Positions 26,541 through 35,862 of a stretch of 64,000 bases of DNA are shown here, in pieces; the stretch's first letter is position 1, and the number at the start of each line of letters is the position of its first letter. Below the pieces are notes generated by a model that was not told the DNA's origin, made no database searches, and was given only the letters and a program-made list of their open reading frames with translations. This stretch comes from a virus (lineage: Duplodnaviria > Caudoviricetes). The stretch is taken from positions 5,241-69,240 of IMG/VR virus record IMGVR_UViG_3300033069_001819; one strand, given 5' to 3'. The translations under genes were made by a program, and so were the position numbers.

Positions 26541-28037
26541 ATGGGTGACGAGGCTACGGAAAAACCTGTTATCACTTTACGCAAGGTCGACAACGCGTTG
26601 CTCGTTCTTCCGGTAGACGCACACCTGCTGACGAAGCTGGAAAAGCTGCTGACGTACGACGAGCGGCAGATAGAGCGCGGCTGGATGGCCAAGCAGTCCG
26701 GAAAGTCGCTCAGCTTCGTTACGCACCGGCTGTTTGACGTGGACAAGAACCGGTCCATTCTGGCGACCGCGTTCGGGCTATGGGACGTCGTGCGCAAGAC
26801 CGTTATCGACGCCGGCTACCAGGTGGCGTTCGAGGACGTTACGCAGTACGCGAACGATCGATTGACCTACGACTGGAACAACGTCGCCAACCTGCAGTTC
26901 AGGCCCGGTCAGCGGGAGTTTCTGCACGCGGTGACGCAAAACGTCTACGGCCGGTTCGACTGCAGTACGGCGTTCGGCAAGTCTTTCATGATTGGTGCCA
27001 TCGCCAAGTTGTTTCCGCGGGCGCGGATCGATGTCGTCTCGAAGAGTGTCGAAGTGATTCACGGTCGTATTTACCGGGAACTACTGGACACGATCGGTGA
27101 CGTGGGCATCATCTACGGAAGCAAGAAGATCTTGAACCGCCGCGTCATGTGCATCAGCCTGGCTTCGTCGTCGCATGCACCGGCAGATGCAGACATCCTG
27201 ATCGGCGACGAGTGCCATGAGCTGAGCACGGAGCGAGCGCATGGCCTGCTTTCCCGCTGGGAGCGATCCCGTAACTACGGTCTGTCCGCTTCGATGGATC
27301 TACGCTGGGACAACAACGACATGCGGGCCCATGCTCTGTTCGGTCCTGTCGTGTTTCGCGTGAACTACCAGGACGCAGTGCAGGCCGGCAATGTCGTACC
27401 GATCACGGTCAAGTGGCTGAAGATCCGCATGGACTACAACCCGGCCAGCGGCTACTCCAGCGAGGAGAAGAAGAAGTTCGGTATCTGGCGGAACACGTAT
27501 CGGAACCAGAAGATCGCAGAGGCAGCAAGGCAGTACGCGGACGACATCCAGGTTCTGATCTGTGTGGCGACGCTCGAGCATGCTATCCAGCTGAAGCGCA
27601 TGCTTCCGGAGTATACGCTCGTGTATCGACCGGGAACATTGACGGAGACTCGAAAACAGGGTTACGTCGCCCAGGGTCTGTTGACGCCGGACGAACCGAT
27701 AAACAATCGAGAGAGGCACTCGCAGCTTACGACCGCTTTCGAGCGAGGGGAGCTGAAGAAGGTCATCGCGACATCGATCTGGAACGTCGGTGTCTCGTTC
27801 AACTCTCTGCAGGTGCTGTTCCGTGTCGACGGCTGCGCCAGCAACATCAGCAGCGTGCAGATACCAGGCCGGGTGTCTCGCCTGCACGACGGCAAGGTGA
27901 TGGGGGTTCTCCACGACTGCGAAGACGTTTTCGATGACGGGTTCTCCCGGAACTCGAAGATCCGAATGGCGATGTACGATAAGTTGGGCTTCACGCAGGA
28001 GAAGGAGCGGCCCTCGGTTTTCGAGCCGCCAAGGTAG
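26541..28037 (+). CDS. SF2 helicase (UvsW/ERCC3-like)
   Basis: TAFGKS, GDECH, SAS, and motif VI QIPGRVSR. Confidence 0.88.
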   Translation: MGDEATEKPVITLRKVDNALLVLPVDAHLLTKLEKLLTYDERQIERGWMAKQSGKSLSFVTHRLFDVDKNRSILATAFGLWDVVRKTVIDAGYQVAFEDVTQYANDRLTYDWNNVANLQFRPGQREFLHAVTQNVYGRFDCSTAFGKSFMIGAIAKLFPRARIDVVSKSVEVIHGRIYRELLDTIGDVGIIYGSKKILNRRVMCISLASSSHAPADADILIGDECHELSTERAHGLLSRWERSRNYGLSASMDLRWDNNDMRAHALFGPVVFRVNYQDAVQAGNVVPITVKWLKIRMDYNPASGYSSEEKKKFGIWRNTYRNQKIAEAARQYADDIQVLICVATLEHAIQLKRMLPEYTLVYRPGTLTETRKQGYVAQGLLTPDEPINNRERHSQLTTAFERGELKKVIATSIWNVGVSFNSLQVLFRVDGCASNISSVQIPGRVSRLHDGKVMGVLHDCEDVFDDGFSRNSKIRMAMYDKLGFTQEKERPSVFEPPR

Positions 28038-28039
28038 GC

Positions 28040-28068
28040 TTGAAATTCTCAAGGGTCTGCGTTATACG
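28040..28068 (+). promoter_or_regulatory. Sigma70-type promoter before the helicase/primase/polymerase block
   Basis: TTGAAA, 17 bp spacer, TATACG. Confidence 0.5.
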
Positions 28069-28118
28069 CTTCTCTTTTTTCGGCTTTTCGGTACAATCTT
28101 CGTAACGGAGACTTTGCC

Positions 28119-28898
28119 ATGTCCTACAGACAACTCGAGCCGCTGGTTCAAAACGCGCTCCCGTCTGCAGTACGGCGCGTGGAAGACGCGGCACCGGACG
28201 TCAAACGATTTCGAGCCGCCTACGTGCTCGAACGACGTATCCTGGAGCAGATGCGCTACGGGGCGTCGACGCCCGTGTACCATCCGTCAAAAACATTGTC
28301 CGGCGTGGCCCGCTATCAATCGATCGAGCGTAAGCCTCCGGAAGACAAGTGGCTGTCCACGTACGTGAAGCTCCGTCAGGTGCAGCCTCTCGTACCGTGG
28401 CAGTATGTCCGTGTTTTGTTTTCGGCGATTCGTTTCACGGACGCCCCTGTGCCGCAGCTGGCTCAGCTTGCGTCGGAGGCGAATCGCGACCTGGTCATCA
28501 CGCACCTGACCAACATAGATGTGACGCTGCAGACGCAGACTACGGCTGAGTACCAGCGTGCCAATCTGAAGATTTTGCACCTCCAGCGTGGAGGTAGTGG
28601 TCATTCTTTTGCCCGAGCGGTATATTACGCTCTGGTCGATACGAACCTGGGCTTGTCGCCCATTTTTCGGTACTCGATGTCGGCTGCTTCGCTCGCTGCG
28701 ATTCGTATTCGTGGCGGCAGCGAAACAGCGGAACCGCGTGTGCTGGAGAACCTGGAGCGTATCGGGCGCGCTGCGGAGTATCATGCTGCTCTGGACTATG
28801 CCGTGTTTCCGGATTTGTTCGATCGAATCTGGGGCTCGCGTATTCCTGACCGACTTCGGTTGGTGGCGCCAGGTATTTTGGCAGAAGCGTTGGCGTAG
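28119..28898 (+). CDS. Hypothetical protein preceding the replicative helicase
   Basis: GGAG RBS; 259-aa ORF; position would suit a helicase loader (inference). Confidence 0.75.
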   Translation: MSYRQLEPLVQNALPSAVRRVEDAAPDVKRFRAAYVLERRILEQMRYGASTPVYHPSKTLSGVARYQSIERKPPEDKWLSTYVKLRQVQPLVPWQYVRVLFSAIRFTDAPVPQLAQLASEANRDLVITHLTNIDVTLQTQTTAEYQRANLKILHLQRGGSGHSFARAVYYALVDTNLGLSPIFRYSMSAASLAAIRIRGGSETAEPRVLENLERIGRAAEYHAALDYAVFPDLFDRIWGSRIPDRLRLVAPGILAEALA

Positions 28899-28922
28899 AA
28901 AAATCAGCTCGAGGACGGGATC

Positions 28923-30566
28923 ATGCAACAGCAGCTCGGCAGGCTGTCTGACTTGCACGTTCGTCTTTTTCTGGCGATCGTGCTGCGAAACTCGTCGGTG
29001 TTCGATCAGTTTGCGGAACAATTGGCACCGACCGCGTTTGTGGATGGTGGTTTGCGTCTGGTCTGGCAGGCGGCGTTGTTACGCCGGCAGATTTCCGGGC
29101 GGATTCCGGTAGGACCGGAACTGCTCGCGGATATCGCTGCGACACCTGACGCTTCGATGACGGATCTGAATTTCAGTGAGCATCTACAGTCCGCGCACAA
29201 TTTCGTGCTGTGGGCTTACGACCCGCGTACGTTTCTGGAGACTGCTCCGAACGTGCCGGAGATGGAGCAGTTCGCGTTTCAGATCGGACGTTTGCTTCTG
29301 CTTCGAGCCCAATCCGACACGCTCCTACAGGCGTTGCCGGGTACGGAGCTCGGAGAGCTGCCCACTGTGCTCGAACAGGCACAGCTCAGGGCGAGTGCTG
29401 CGGCAGCACTCGATTCCACAGGGCAACGACAACCCTTGTTCGTGCAGGGATGGGACACGAACGAGCCGCATATCGTACATACGACCGGCTTTCCTTTTCT
29501 TGACCGGTACATGGGTGGTGGCGAGACGAAGGGTGAGGCCTACACCTTCATGGCGCCAATGGGTACGTGTAAGACGACCTTCGCTGTCATGAAGTGGGTT
29601 ACGGCTGGACGGCAGGCTTACGTGAAAGCGTTTGAGCCTGGCTACGACGGGCGAATCGGTTTGTCCGTATTCGTTTCGTACGAGGCCAGCCTGAACCCGG
29701 AGCTCCGGCACCGCTCGCTCTCGTTCGCAGCGCGAATCCACAAGGATCGGCTGCAGGCAATGGGTGGCGACGGTCTGCAGGCGCTGAGCTCGGATCCGGA
29801 TCGTCCGTTGCCCTACGAGTTAAATCTGTTTCCGCAGGAAATTGCGGACGGTTTGTTTCTGCCGGAAAGAGCACGTATCGAGGCAGAACTGGGCTGGATG
29901 AACACGCACCTGGTGTGTCTTGACATGACCGGTGCCGATAAGGCGATGCCGTATGCCGGGCGTGGCGGCGTACCTGAGCTCGTGCACAGACTCAACGGTC
30001 TGTTGCGGGCACCGGGCGCATCGTACTACATCCAGTCCGTAGTGATCGACTACCTCGGTCTGCTGGTCGACCGGTATCAGAACAACCTACCGGCGAGGGC
30101 CAAGGTCGAGCCGCACAAGGCATACCAGGAAGCGGTTGACGTGGTCAGAAACTTGATCGCCAAACCGTTCGAGTGCCCGGTATGGCTCACGCACCAGCTG
30201 AGCGGTGCCGCGAACTCGATCCTGAACGTCACGCGACGTATCCACCATACGGATGCGAAAGGCTCGAAGAGTGCGGTGGAGAATGCTGACTTCGCATTCG
30301 TCGTCGGTAACCTGACGTCGGAGTCGATCGGGGTTCTGGACTGCACAAAACACAGACGCTACCGGCCTATGCCGCGGACTGTGATTCGTGTCGAAGGTGA
30401 CATCAACAATATCGTTTCCCTGGACAACCATCTGATCGATAGCCGCGGGCAGATCGTAGATCGTGCGACGATGGCGGCGGCAGGGGCAGGTACTCCCCGG
30501 TCCGCACCGCGGATCGCGGCGCCTGTCGACGAGGATGACGACTTCGCAGAGATTCGTAACGGCTAG
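28923..30566 (+). CDS. DnaB-like replicative helicase
   Basis: Walker A APMGTCKT, VVIDYLGL, THQL, ENADFAF, LDCTKHR. Confidence 0.8.
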   Translation: MQQQLGRLSDLHVRLFLAIVLRNSSVFDQFAEQLAPTAFVDGGLRLVWQAALLRRQISGRIPVGPELLADIAATPDASMTDLNFSEHLQSAHNFVLWAYDPRTFLETAPNVPEMEQFAFQIGRLLLLRAQSDTLLQALPGTELGELPTVLEQAQLRASAAAALDSTGQRQPLFVQGWDTNEPHIVHTTGFPFLDRYMGGGETKGEAYTFMAPMGTCKTTFAVMKWVTAGRQAYVKAFEPGYDGRIGLSVFVSYEASLNPELRHRSLSFAARIHKDRLQAMGGDGLQALSSDPDRPLPYELNLFPQEIADGLFLPERARIEAELGWMNTHLVCLDMTGADKAMPYAGRGGVPELVHRLNGLLRAPGASYYIQSVVIDYLGLLVDRYQNNLPARAKVEPHKAYQEAVDVVRNLIAKPFECPVWLTHQLSGAANSILNVTRRIHHTDAKGSKSAVENADFAFVVGNLTSESIGVLDCTKHRRYRPMPRTVIRVEGDINNIVSLDNHLIDSRGQIVDRATMAAAGAGTPRSAPRIAAPVDEDDDFAEIRNG

Positions 30567-30575
30567 GAGACAGTC

Positions 30576-31706
30576 GTGGCTCAACTGGACGAAGCCGCGG
30601 CTGGAGTGCTCAACGTGACGCTATATCGTCGCTGCGTTGAGGTGTTCGGTCGCGTACGCATTACGAACCCGGGCGAAGCCCGGATCTATCGATCGATCGT
30701 TTACGGAGGACAACCACGTGAAGAAGTGATTCAACAAGGTGAGTTCTACGCGGTATGCTGCCCGCTTTGCTCGGACAGTCGTTTCCGCTGTTACATCAAC
30801 CACGCCTACGGCACGCCGGACGCAAAGGGTTTCCCGCGTACGTCGCTCGTGCACTGCTTCAACGACGGATGCGCGTTGTCGCTGGCGGAACCTGAAGCGT
30901 TCCAGCAGATGAAGAAATATCTGCTGGGCTACCACCTTTACAACCTTCAGCCGACGATACGGCCAGGGCGTGTCGTCGATCCGTTCGCCCGCTGCGGTCG
31001 CTTGCCAGGGCCCTGCGTTCCTGTACGTGACCTGCCGGAGGATCATGTCGCATCACAGTACCTGCGAGGACGCGGGTTTGACCGGACGGAGCTGTCACAA
31101 CGCTTTGACGTTCGCTGGTGTCCGGAAAGCGAAATGCGGCTTGCATGTCAGCGCATCATCATGCCGTTCTACCACAAGCAAAAACTCGTCGGATGGCAGG
31201 CTCGTCCGGCCTTCGACCTTCCGAACTGGAAAACAGCCCGGATTCCGAAGTATTACACAGCGCCAGGTTCGCCCAAGAGGTCTATTCTTTACAGCCTGGA
31301 TCTCGCTCGGCAGTTTCGCTGTGGCGTGATTGTCGAGGGCGTGACTGACGTCTGGAGGTTCGGCGGTCCTGCCGTCGCTCTTCTTGGCGCCACGATCAAC
31401 CCACAGCAGCTGGAGCTGTTTTCCAGCGTGTTCGCGAACGGTGCAGGAGTCATCATGCTCGACGCGGATATTCTGGACGAACCCAAGACGGAGGAGCACA
31501 GACGCGCTCGTGACGCTGCTCTGGCTGCGGCCGGTCAACTCAAAAGTCGTCTTGCGGGTGGCTGCTGTATCGTAAGTCCGCCCGCCGGGTGGGATCCTGG
31601 TAACATGCCGCGGCAGGATTTACGCAACTATGTCGTGCAGCAGGCGGCAGCTGTAGGTGTGACGATTGATTGGGAGGCGGCGAATGGCCCGCAGAATTTT
31701 TCATGA
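30576..31706 (+). CDS. DNA primase (zinc finger + TOPRIM)
   Basis: CPLC...HCFNDGC, GWQAR, IVEGVTD, MLDAD, DPG. Confidence 0.9.
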   Translation: MAQLDEAAAGVLNVTLYRRCVEVFGRVRITNPGEARIYRSIVYGGQPREEVIQQGEFYAVCCPLCSDSRFRCYINHAYGTPDAKGFPRTSLVHCFNDGCALSLAEPEAFQQMKKYLLGYHLYNLQPTIRPGRVVDPFARCGRLPGPCVPVRDLPEDHVASQYLRGRGFDRTELSQRFDVRWCPESEMRLACQRIIMPFYHKQKLVGWQARPAFDLPNWKTARIPKYYTAPGSPKRSILYSLDLARQFRCGVIVEGVTDVWRFGGPAVALLGATINPQQLELFSSVFANGAGVIMLDADILDEPKTEEHRRARDAALAAAGQLKSRLAGGCCIVSPPAGWDPGNMPRQDLRNYVVQQAAAVGVTIDWEAANGPQNFS

Positions 31707-34700
31707 CACGGATACGCCGCCGGTAATCGTAGCGGAACCGGCGGACGTCATTCGACGGTTGAACGAACGGCGACGGCAGGAGATCCTCGCGGCGAAGGGT
31801 GTATATCCACTCTCGGCGCCGGGTCTGCCGCCACTACACGTGAAGTCGTCGTTCGTACGCTACGCGGAGGCGATCTCGAGTTCGGATCCGCTACCGGCGG
31901 ATAGCGACTTCGGCGCCAGGCTGGAGCAATGCGGTCCGAAGATCGAACAGGCAGTGAGCGAGGTGCTGTGGACGCAGTCGTTCATGATGCGTGTTCCGGT
32001 CGCGGCGTTTCAGGATCTGCCTGCGTACTTCATACCTGGTGTGTACTTTCCCTCGCTCAGCCAGCCGGGTGTCGTCGGACCGGCTGACGCGGAGGTCATG
32101 GTCATCAACAAGATCCCATCTTTTGCCGACCAGCGACAGCGGATGAGCTTTCGTGGCCGTGATTCATTGCTGTTCCTGGAGTACCTGAACCGGTACGTCG
32201 AGCTCCGAGACTGTTCGTTCTACTTCACGAACCTGCTGAAGTTCGTGCCTCCAGACAAGAAGAACCGGATTCTGGCGAACTGGAAGCACGACAGCCTGTT
32301 TCTTCTGATGCAGGAGATCCTGCTGGTACGACCGAAGTACATTTTGTGCCTGGGAGCCGAGGTCGCGAGAACGTTGCTGAAGAGCTCGGCCGCAAAGATC
32401 CTGGAGTCGCACATCGAGGATTACACCTATGATGCGAGGTTTGACGCGGAGTCACAGGAGCTGCCGTGCACTTCGCAGCTTATGACCTTCACGCACCCGT
32501 CGCAGGTCATTCGTGACCCGTCGGCGGAGCGGCAGATCGAAGCCGGACTTGCCCGGTTCTCCGGTATTCGAGCTGGCCGGTTTACCGGCGACGCGGGACG
32601 CATCGAGCACTACACGGTCTCTACGGCCGACGAGCTCCGGCGTGTTCTGCTGATGGTTGAGGCGGACGAACAGAAGGAAGACTCCGTCATCGCGGTGGAT
32701 GCGGAGTGGCACGGTGAGCATCCCACGAACACAGGTTCGTACATTCGTACGATCCAGTTCGCGTGGAGGCCGGGTCGCGCGGTCGCAATCAAGTTCTGCG
32801 AGGCTGGCGGCGAAGTTACGGAGGCATTCGCAGGCAACGGACCTCGTGGCATCTGGCAGGACGTGATTGACGTGCTGAACGCGTTCTTCCTGGGCGGAGA
32901 GGTCGAGTTTCTCGGCGAGACGCTCAAGTTCAGACCGAAGCGAATCGTCGGTCACTTCTTCAACGCGGACCTGGAGTGGCTCGTCGAGTACGGGCTGAAC
33001 ATCCAGTCCGGGTTTTCCTGCCCGATCTACGATCTGCCGATCACAGCAGAAACGCCGGAGGAGCTGCGACAGCTCTACGCCAACGACGGGTTTCGCACGG
33101 GTTTTACGGTACCAGCCTGGTACCGGACGAAGTATGAGGGTGGTGCGGACACGGGCCTTATGGCTCACGCGGTCGAGGAGACGGCGGAGTTCAAGCTCGA
33201 AACGCTGGCGATGCGATACACCTCGGCGCCACGCTACGACGAGCACCTGCGACAGTGGCGAATCGACTACTGTACGCAGCACAAGATGAAAGAGTCGGCC
33301 ATGGAGGGATACGGTGAGTGCCCGGACGAAGTCCTGCTGCCTTACGGCATGTGGGACGCGGACGTCACGCTTCGTATCTTCTACCAGCTGTCGACCCTTC
33401 TCGATACGGACTACCAGGGCAAGAGCTCTCGCGAGGCTTTCTGGGAGTCCCAGATTGCGACGCCGGCTGTGCTGGAGATCCACCGCACCGGCATGGTGTT
33501 CGACGATGAACGATATCGGTACCTGGTCGGTCTGTTCTCGGAGGCTAGGGATCGTCTGTTGGCTGCACTCCGGCAGCTGCTGAACTGGCCTGAGTTCAAT
33601 CCGCGTTCGCTGATCCAGGCGAAAGAGATGCTGTTCGGCGAGAAGTTCAACGGGCAGCGAAGCCCGCTCACGGGCGAAGCGATCCGTGTTCGTCCGCCGG
33701 ATGCCCGCTCGCTCAAGCTCACACCTGTGTGCGACACGAGCAAGCCTCCTCGCCCGTGGAAGGATGTACTGGACTCGGGCGAGCAGGATATCGTCTCGGT
33801 GTCTTCCAATCAGAAGGTCATTTCGTCGCTGTATCACAAGCTGCCGGACGGACCGAAGAAGACAGCGTTGCGGATCCTTCTGGACTACCGCTTCATGAAC
33901 CAGGCCCTAGCGACGACGCTGAGCCCTCCGGTCATGGACAAGAAGACGCACGAACCGGTCTACGATACAGACGGCGAGCTCGTCTACGACGCAGGCCTGG
34001 CTTCGTACGTGTGCGGCGACGGACGCGTACGTACGCACATCTACCAGACGAAGGAAACGGGTCGCTGGTCGTCGGCCAGGCCAAACCTGCAGAACATCTC
34101 GAAGAAGCGGGACAGTGACTACAAACGGATTCTCGGGCCGGACTACAAGTTCGGTATCCGCGGTGTGTTCAAGGCGATACCAGGCCATGTCGTCATCGAA
34201 GCGGATTACGTCGGTGCCGAGCTTTTCGGCATGGCCGTGTTGTCCGGCGACGAGGCGATGATTCGGCATGCGACGCGAAATCAGCTGCCGGAGGATCACC
34301 CGGACTACTACGATATCCACTCGAACGTGGCGGTCCTGGCCTTCAAGCTCAGTTGTCCGCCAACTAAGGCCGGGTTGAAGGACATCGGCAAGGAACACCT
34401 GCGCATCGTCGCCAAGTCTGTGGTGTTCGGCTTCGCGTACGGTCGTGGTGCCAGGGCGATTGCCGTCGCAGCGGAAGAGGAAGGAATCGATCTATCCGTC
34501 GAGGAGGCACAGGCCGTCATCGACGCGATTTCGAGTTCCTATCCACGATTGGCTGCGTTCTTTGCGGAGTGCCGGGCCCGGTCAGCAGGCACGTTCGTGA
34601 CTGACTTATACACAGGGGAGACAGCTCCCCGGGTCATTACGAATGCGTTCGGTCGTCACCGGCGGTTCCCGGAAGTACGCGAGGACGACTCGGCCCAGGG

Positions 34701-35133
34701 ACGCGAGCTGCAGCGCCGTCTGGTAGGCGACTACGGCCGGCAGGCGATGAACTTCCCGGTGCAGTCACTGGTCGCTTCGGTGGTGAGCCGGGCGGCAGGT
34801 TACTTCGCCGCGTACAAGCAGTTGCCGCATGTGCCTGACGATCTGTTCAAGCTCACGCTGCAGATTCATGACGCACTGATCTTCCAGGTTCCGTACGCGA
34901 ATGTGCAGCAGTTCTGCGAGCATGTGCTGCCGTACTGCATGCGGCAACGTGTACCGATCTGGCCGACGGGGCTCGACGGCAGCCCGCTCGATTCCGGACC
35001 GTACTATCTCGGTATCGAAGCGGATGTCATGGAGTACTGGGGTACCAAGCTGTCCGCGGAACGAGCGACGGAGCTGAGTATCCCGACTGGTTCGTTCAAC
35101 GGTGACGGGTGTATCGTGCATTACTCGAAGTGA
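31684..35133 (+). CDS. polA: Family A DNA polymerase with N-terminal UDG-like domain and 3'-5' exonuclease
   Basis: UDG4-like region (TNLLKF, RPKYILCLG, THPS); Exo I AVDAE, Exo III YGMWDA; motif A ADYVGAEL, motif B KSVVFGFAYG, motif C QIHDAL. Confidence 0.95.
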   Translation: MARRIFHDTDTPPVIVAEPADVIRRLNERRRQEILAAKGVYPLSAPGLPPLHVKSSFVRYAEAISSSDPLPADSDFGARLEQCGPKIEQAVSEVLWTQSFMMRVPVAAFQDLPAYFIPGVYFPSLSQPGVVGPADAEVMVINKIPSFADQRQRMSFRGRDSLLFLEYLNRYVELRDCSFYFTNLLKFVPPDKKNRILANWKHDSLFLLMQEILLVRPKYILCLGAEVARTLLKSSAAKILESHIEDYTYDARFDAESQELPCTSQLMTFTHPSQVIRDPSAERQIEAGLARFSGIRAGRFTGDAGRIEHYTVSTADELRRVLLMVEADEQKEDSVIAVDAEWHGEHPTNTGSYIRTIQFAWRPGRAVAIKFCEAGGEVTEAFAGNGPRGIWQDVIDVLNAFFLGGEVEFLGETLKFRPKRIVGHFFNADLEWLVEYGLNIQSGFSCPIYDLPITAETPEELRQLYANDGFRTGFTVPAWYRTKYEGGADTGLMAHAVEETAEFKLETLAMRYTSAPRYDEHLRQWRIDYCTQHKMKESAMEGYGECPDEVLLPYGMWDADVTLRIFYQLSTLLDTDYQGKSSREAFWESQIATPAVLEIHRTGMVFDDERYRYLVGLFSEARDRLLAALRQLLNWPEFNPRSLIQAKEMLFGEKFNGQRSPLTGEAIRVRPPDARSLKLTPVCDTSKPPRPWKDVLDSGEQDIVSVSSNQKVISSLYHKLPDGPKKTALRILLDYRFMNQALATTLSPPVMDKKTHEPVYDTDGELVYDAGLASYVCGDGRVRTHIYQTKETGRWSSARPNLQNISKKRDSDYKRILGPDYKFGIRGVFKAIPGHVVIEADYVGAELFGMAVLSGDEAMIRHATRNQLPEDHPDYYDIHSNVAVLAFKLSCPPTKAGLKDIGKEHLRIVAKSVVFGFAYGRGARAIAVAAEEEGIDLSVEEAQAVIDAISSSYPRLAAFFAECRARSAGTFVTDLYTGETAPRVITNAFGRHRRFPEVREDDSAQGRELQRRLVGDYGRQAMNFPVQSLVASVVSRAAGYFAAYKQLPHVPDDLFKLTLQIHDALIFQVPYANVQQFCEHVLPYCMRQRVPIWPTGLDGSPLDSGPYYLGIEADVMEYWGTKLSAERATELSIPTGSFNGDGCIVHYSK

Positions 35134-35144
35134 TGACACGGACC

Positions 35145-35160
35145 TAAAAACCAGTTTTTG
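35145..35160. repeat. Dispersed palindrome copy 6 (TAAAAACCAGTTTTTG)
   Basis: Read directly; between polA and tmk, abutting the GAAGGGG RBS. Confidence 0.95.
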
Positions 35161-35172
35161 GAAGGGGCAGTC

Positions 35173-35862
35173 ATGTCGCTTATCGCGATCGAGGGTATAG
35201 ACGGATCCGGTAAGACTTCCGTATGCAGAGAGTTGGTCCGGCGTTTGCCGGACCTTCACCTTTGTTTCGGCGGAATGGCGTCCGCAGCCGATCTGAATCC
35301 ACGGTTTTACCGAACCCTGGACGACGTCAAGAACAGCCGTGTAACGCTGGCGGATCCTATCTTGCGTGCCCTGCCGTTCACGATGGCGAGAGCAGCGAAC
35401 AAGGAACGCCTTGTGCTCGCTCGTTCCGGCGTCGGAGGCATGACGCTGCTCGATCGCTATGTGATGACGAACGCCGCGTACGTGTACGCGGCGACGTTCG
35501 TAGAGACAGCGTCCAGGGAGCAGGCAGAAGCCGCGGCGGGAGCCATCCTGGTCCTGGAGTTCAATACGATCGGGTTGCCGGCGCCGGACCTGACGATCGT
35601 TGTGCGCTGTGATCCGCTCGTGGCACAACGCCGTCTTGCGTCGTGTGAAGCACGGAAGTATGATTCGTCTCCGGAGGCAGCGAAGGAGAGGGATTTGGTT
35701 AGGCTCGCAAACCTGGACTACGCATTCAGTGAAGGTTTGCGAGATCTATACAGCAGTTATGGTGCGGTGCGTGACGTCCACGCCACGCCGTCCGGTGAGG
35801 AACGGTCTGTTCCGGAACTCGCCGATCTGATCCTGGATGTCATCGAAAAGGAAGTACTGTGA
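35173..35862 (+). CDS. tmk: Thymidylate kinase
   Basis: IAIEGIDGSGKT P-loop, LDRY, PDLTI. Confidence 0.9.
   Translation: MSLIAIEGIDGSGKTSVCRELVRRLPDLHLCFGGMASAADLNPRFYRTLDDVKNSRVTLADPILRALPFTMARAANKERLVLARSGVGGMTLLDRYVMTNAAYVYAATFVETASREQAEAAAGAILVLEFNTIGLPAPDLTIVVRCDPLVAQRRLASCEARKYDSSPEAAKERDLVRLANLDYAFSEGLRDLYSSYGAVRDVHATPSGEERSVPELADLILDVIEKEVL

Noticed and set aside
31684-35133. Intein or intron in the long polymerase (also checked by eye in the terminase and helicases)
   Set aside because: Length is explained by the UDG, exonuclease and polymerase domains; no C/S...HN-C/S/T splice motifs or LAGLIDADG blocks seen.
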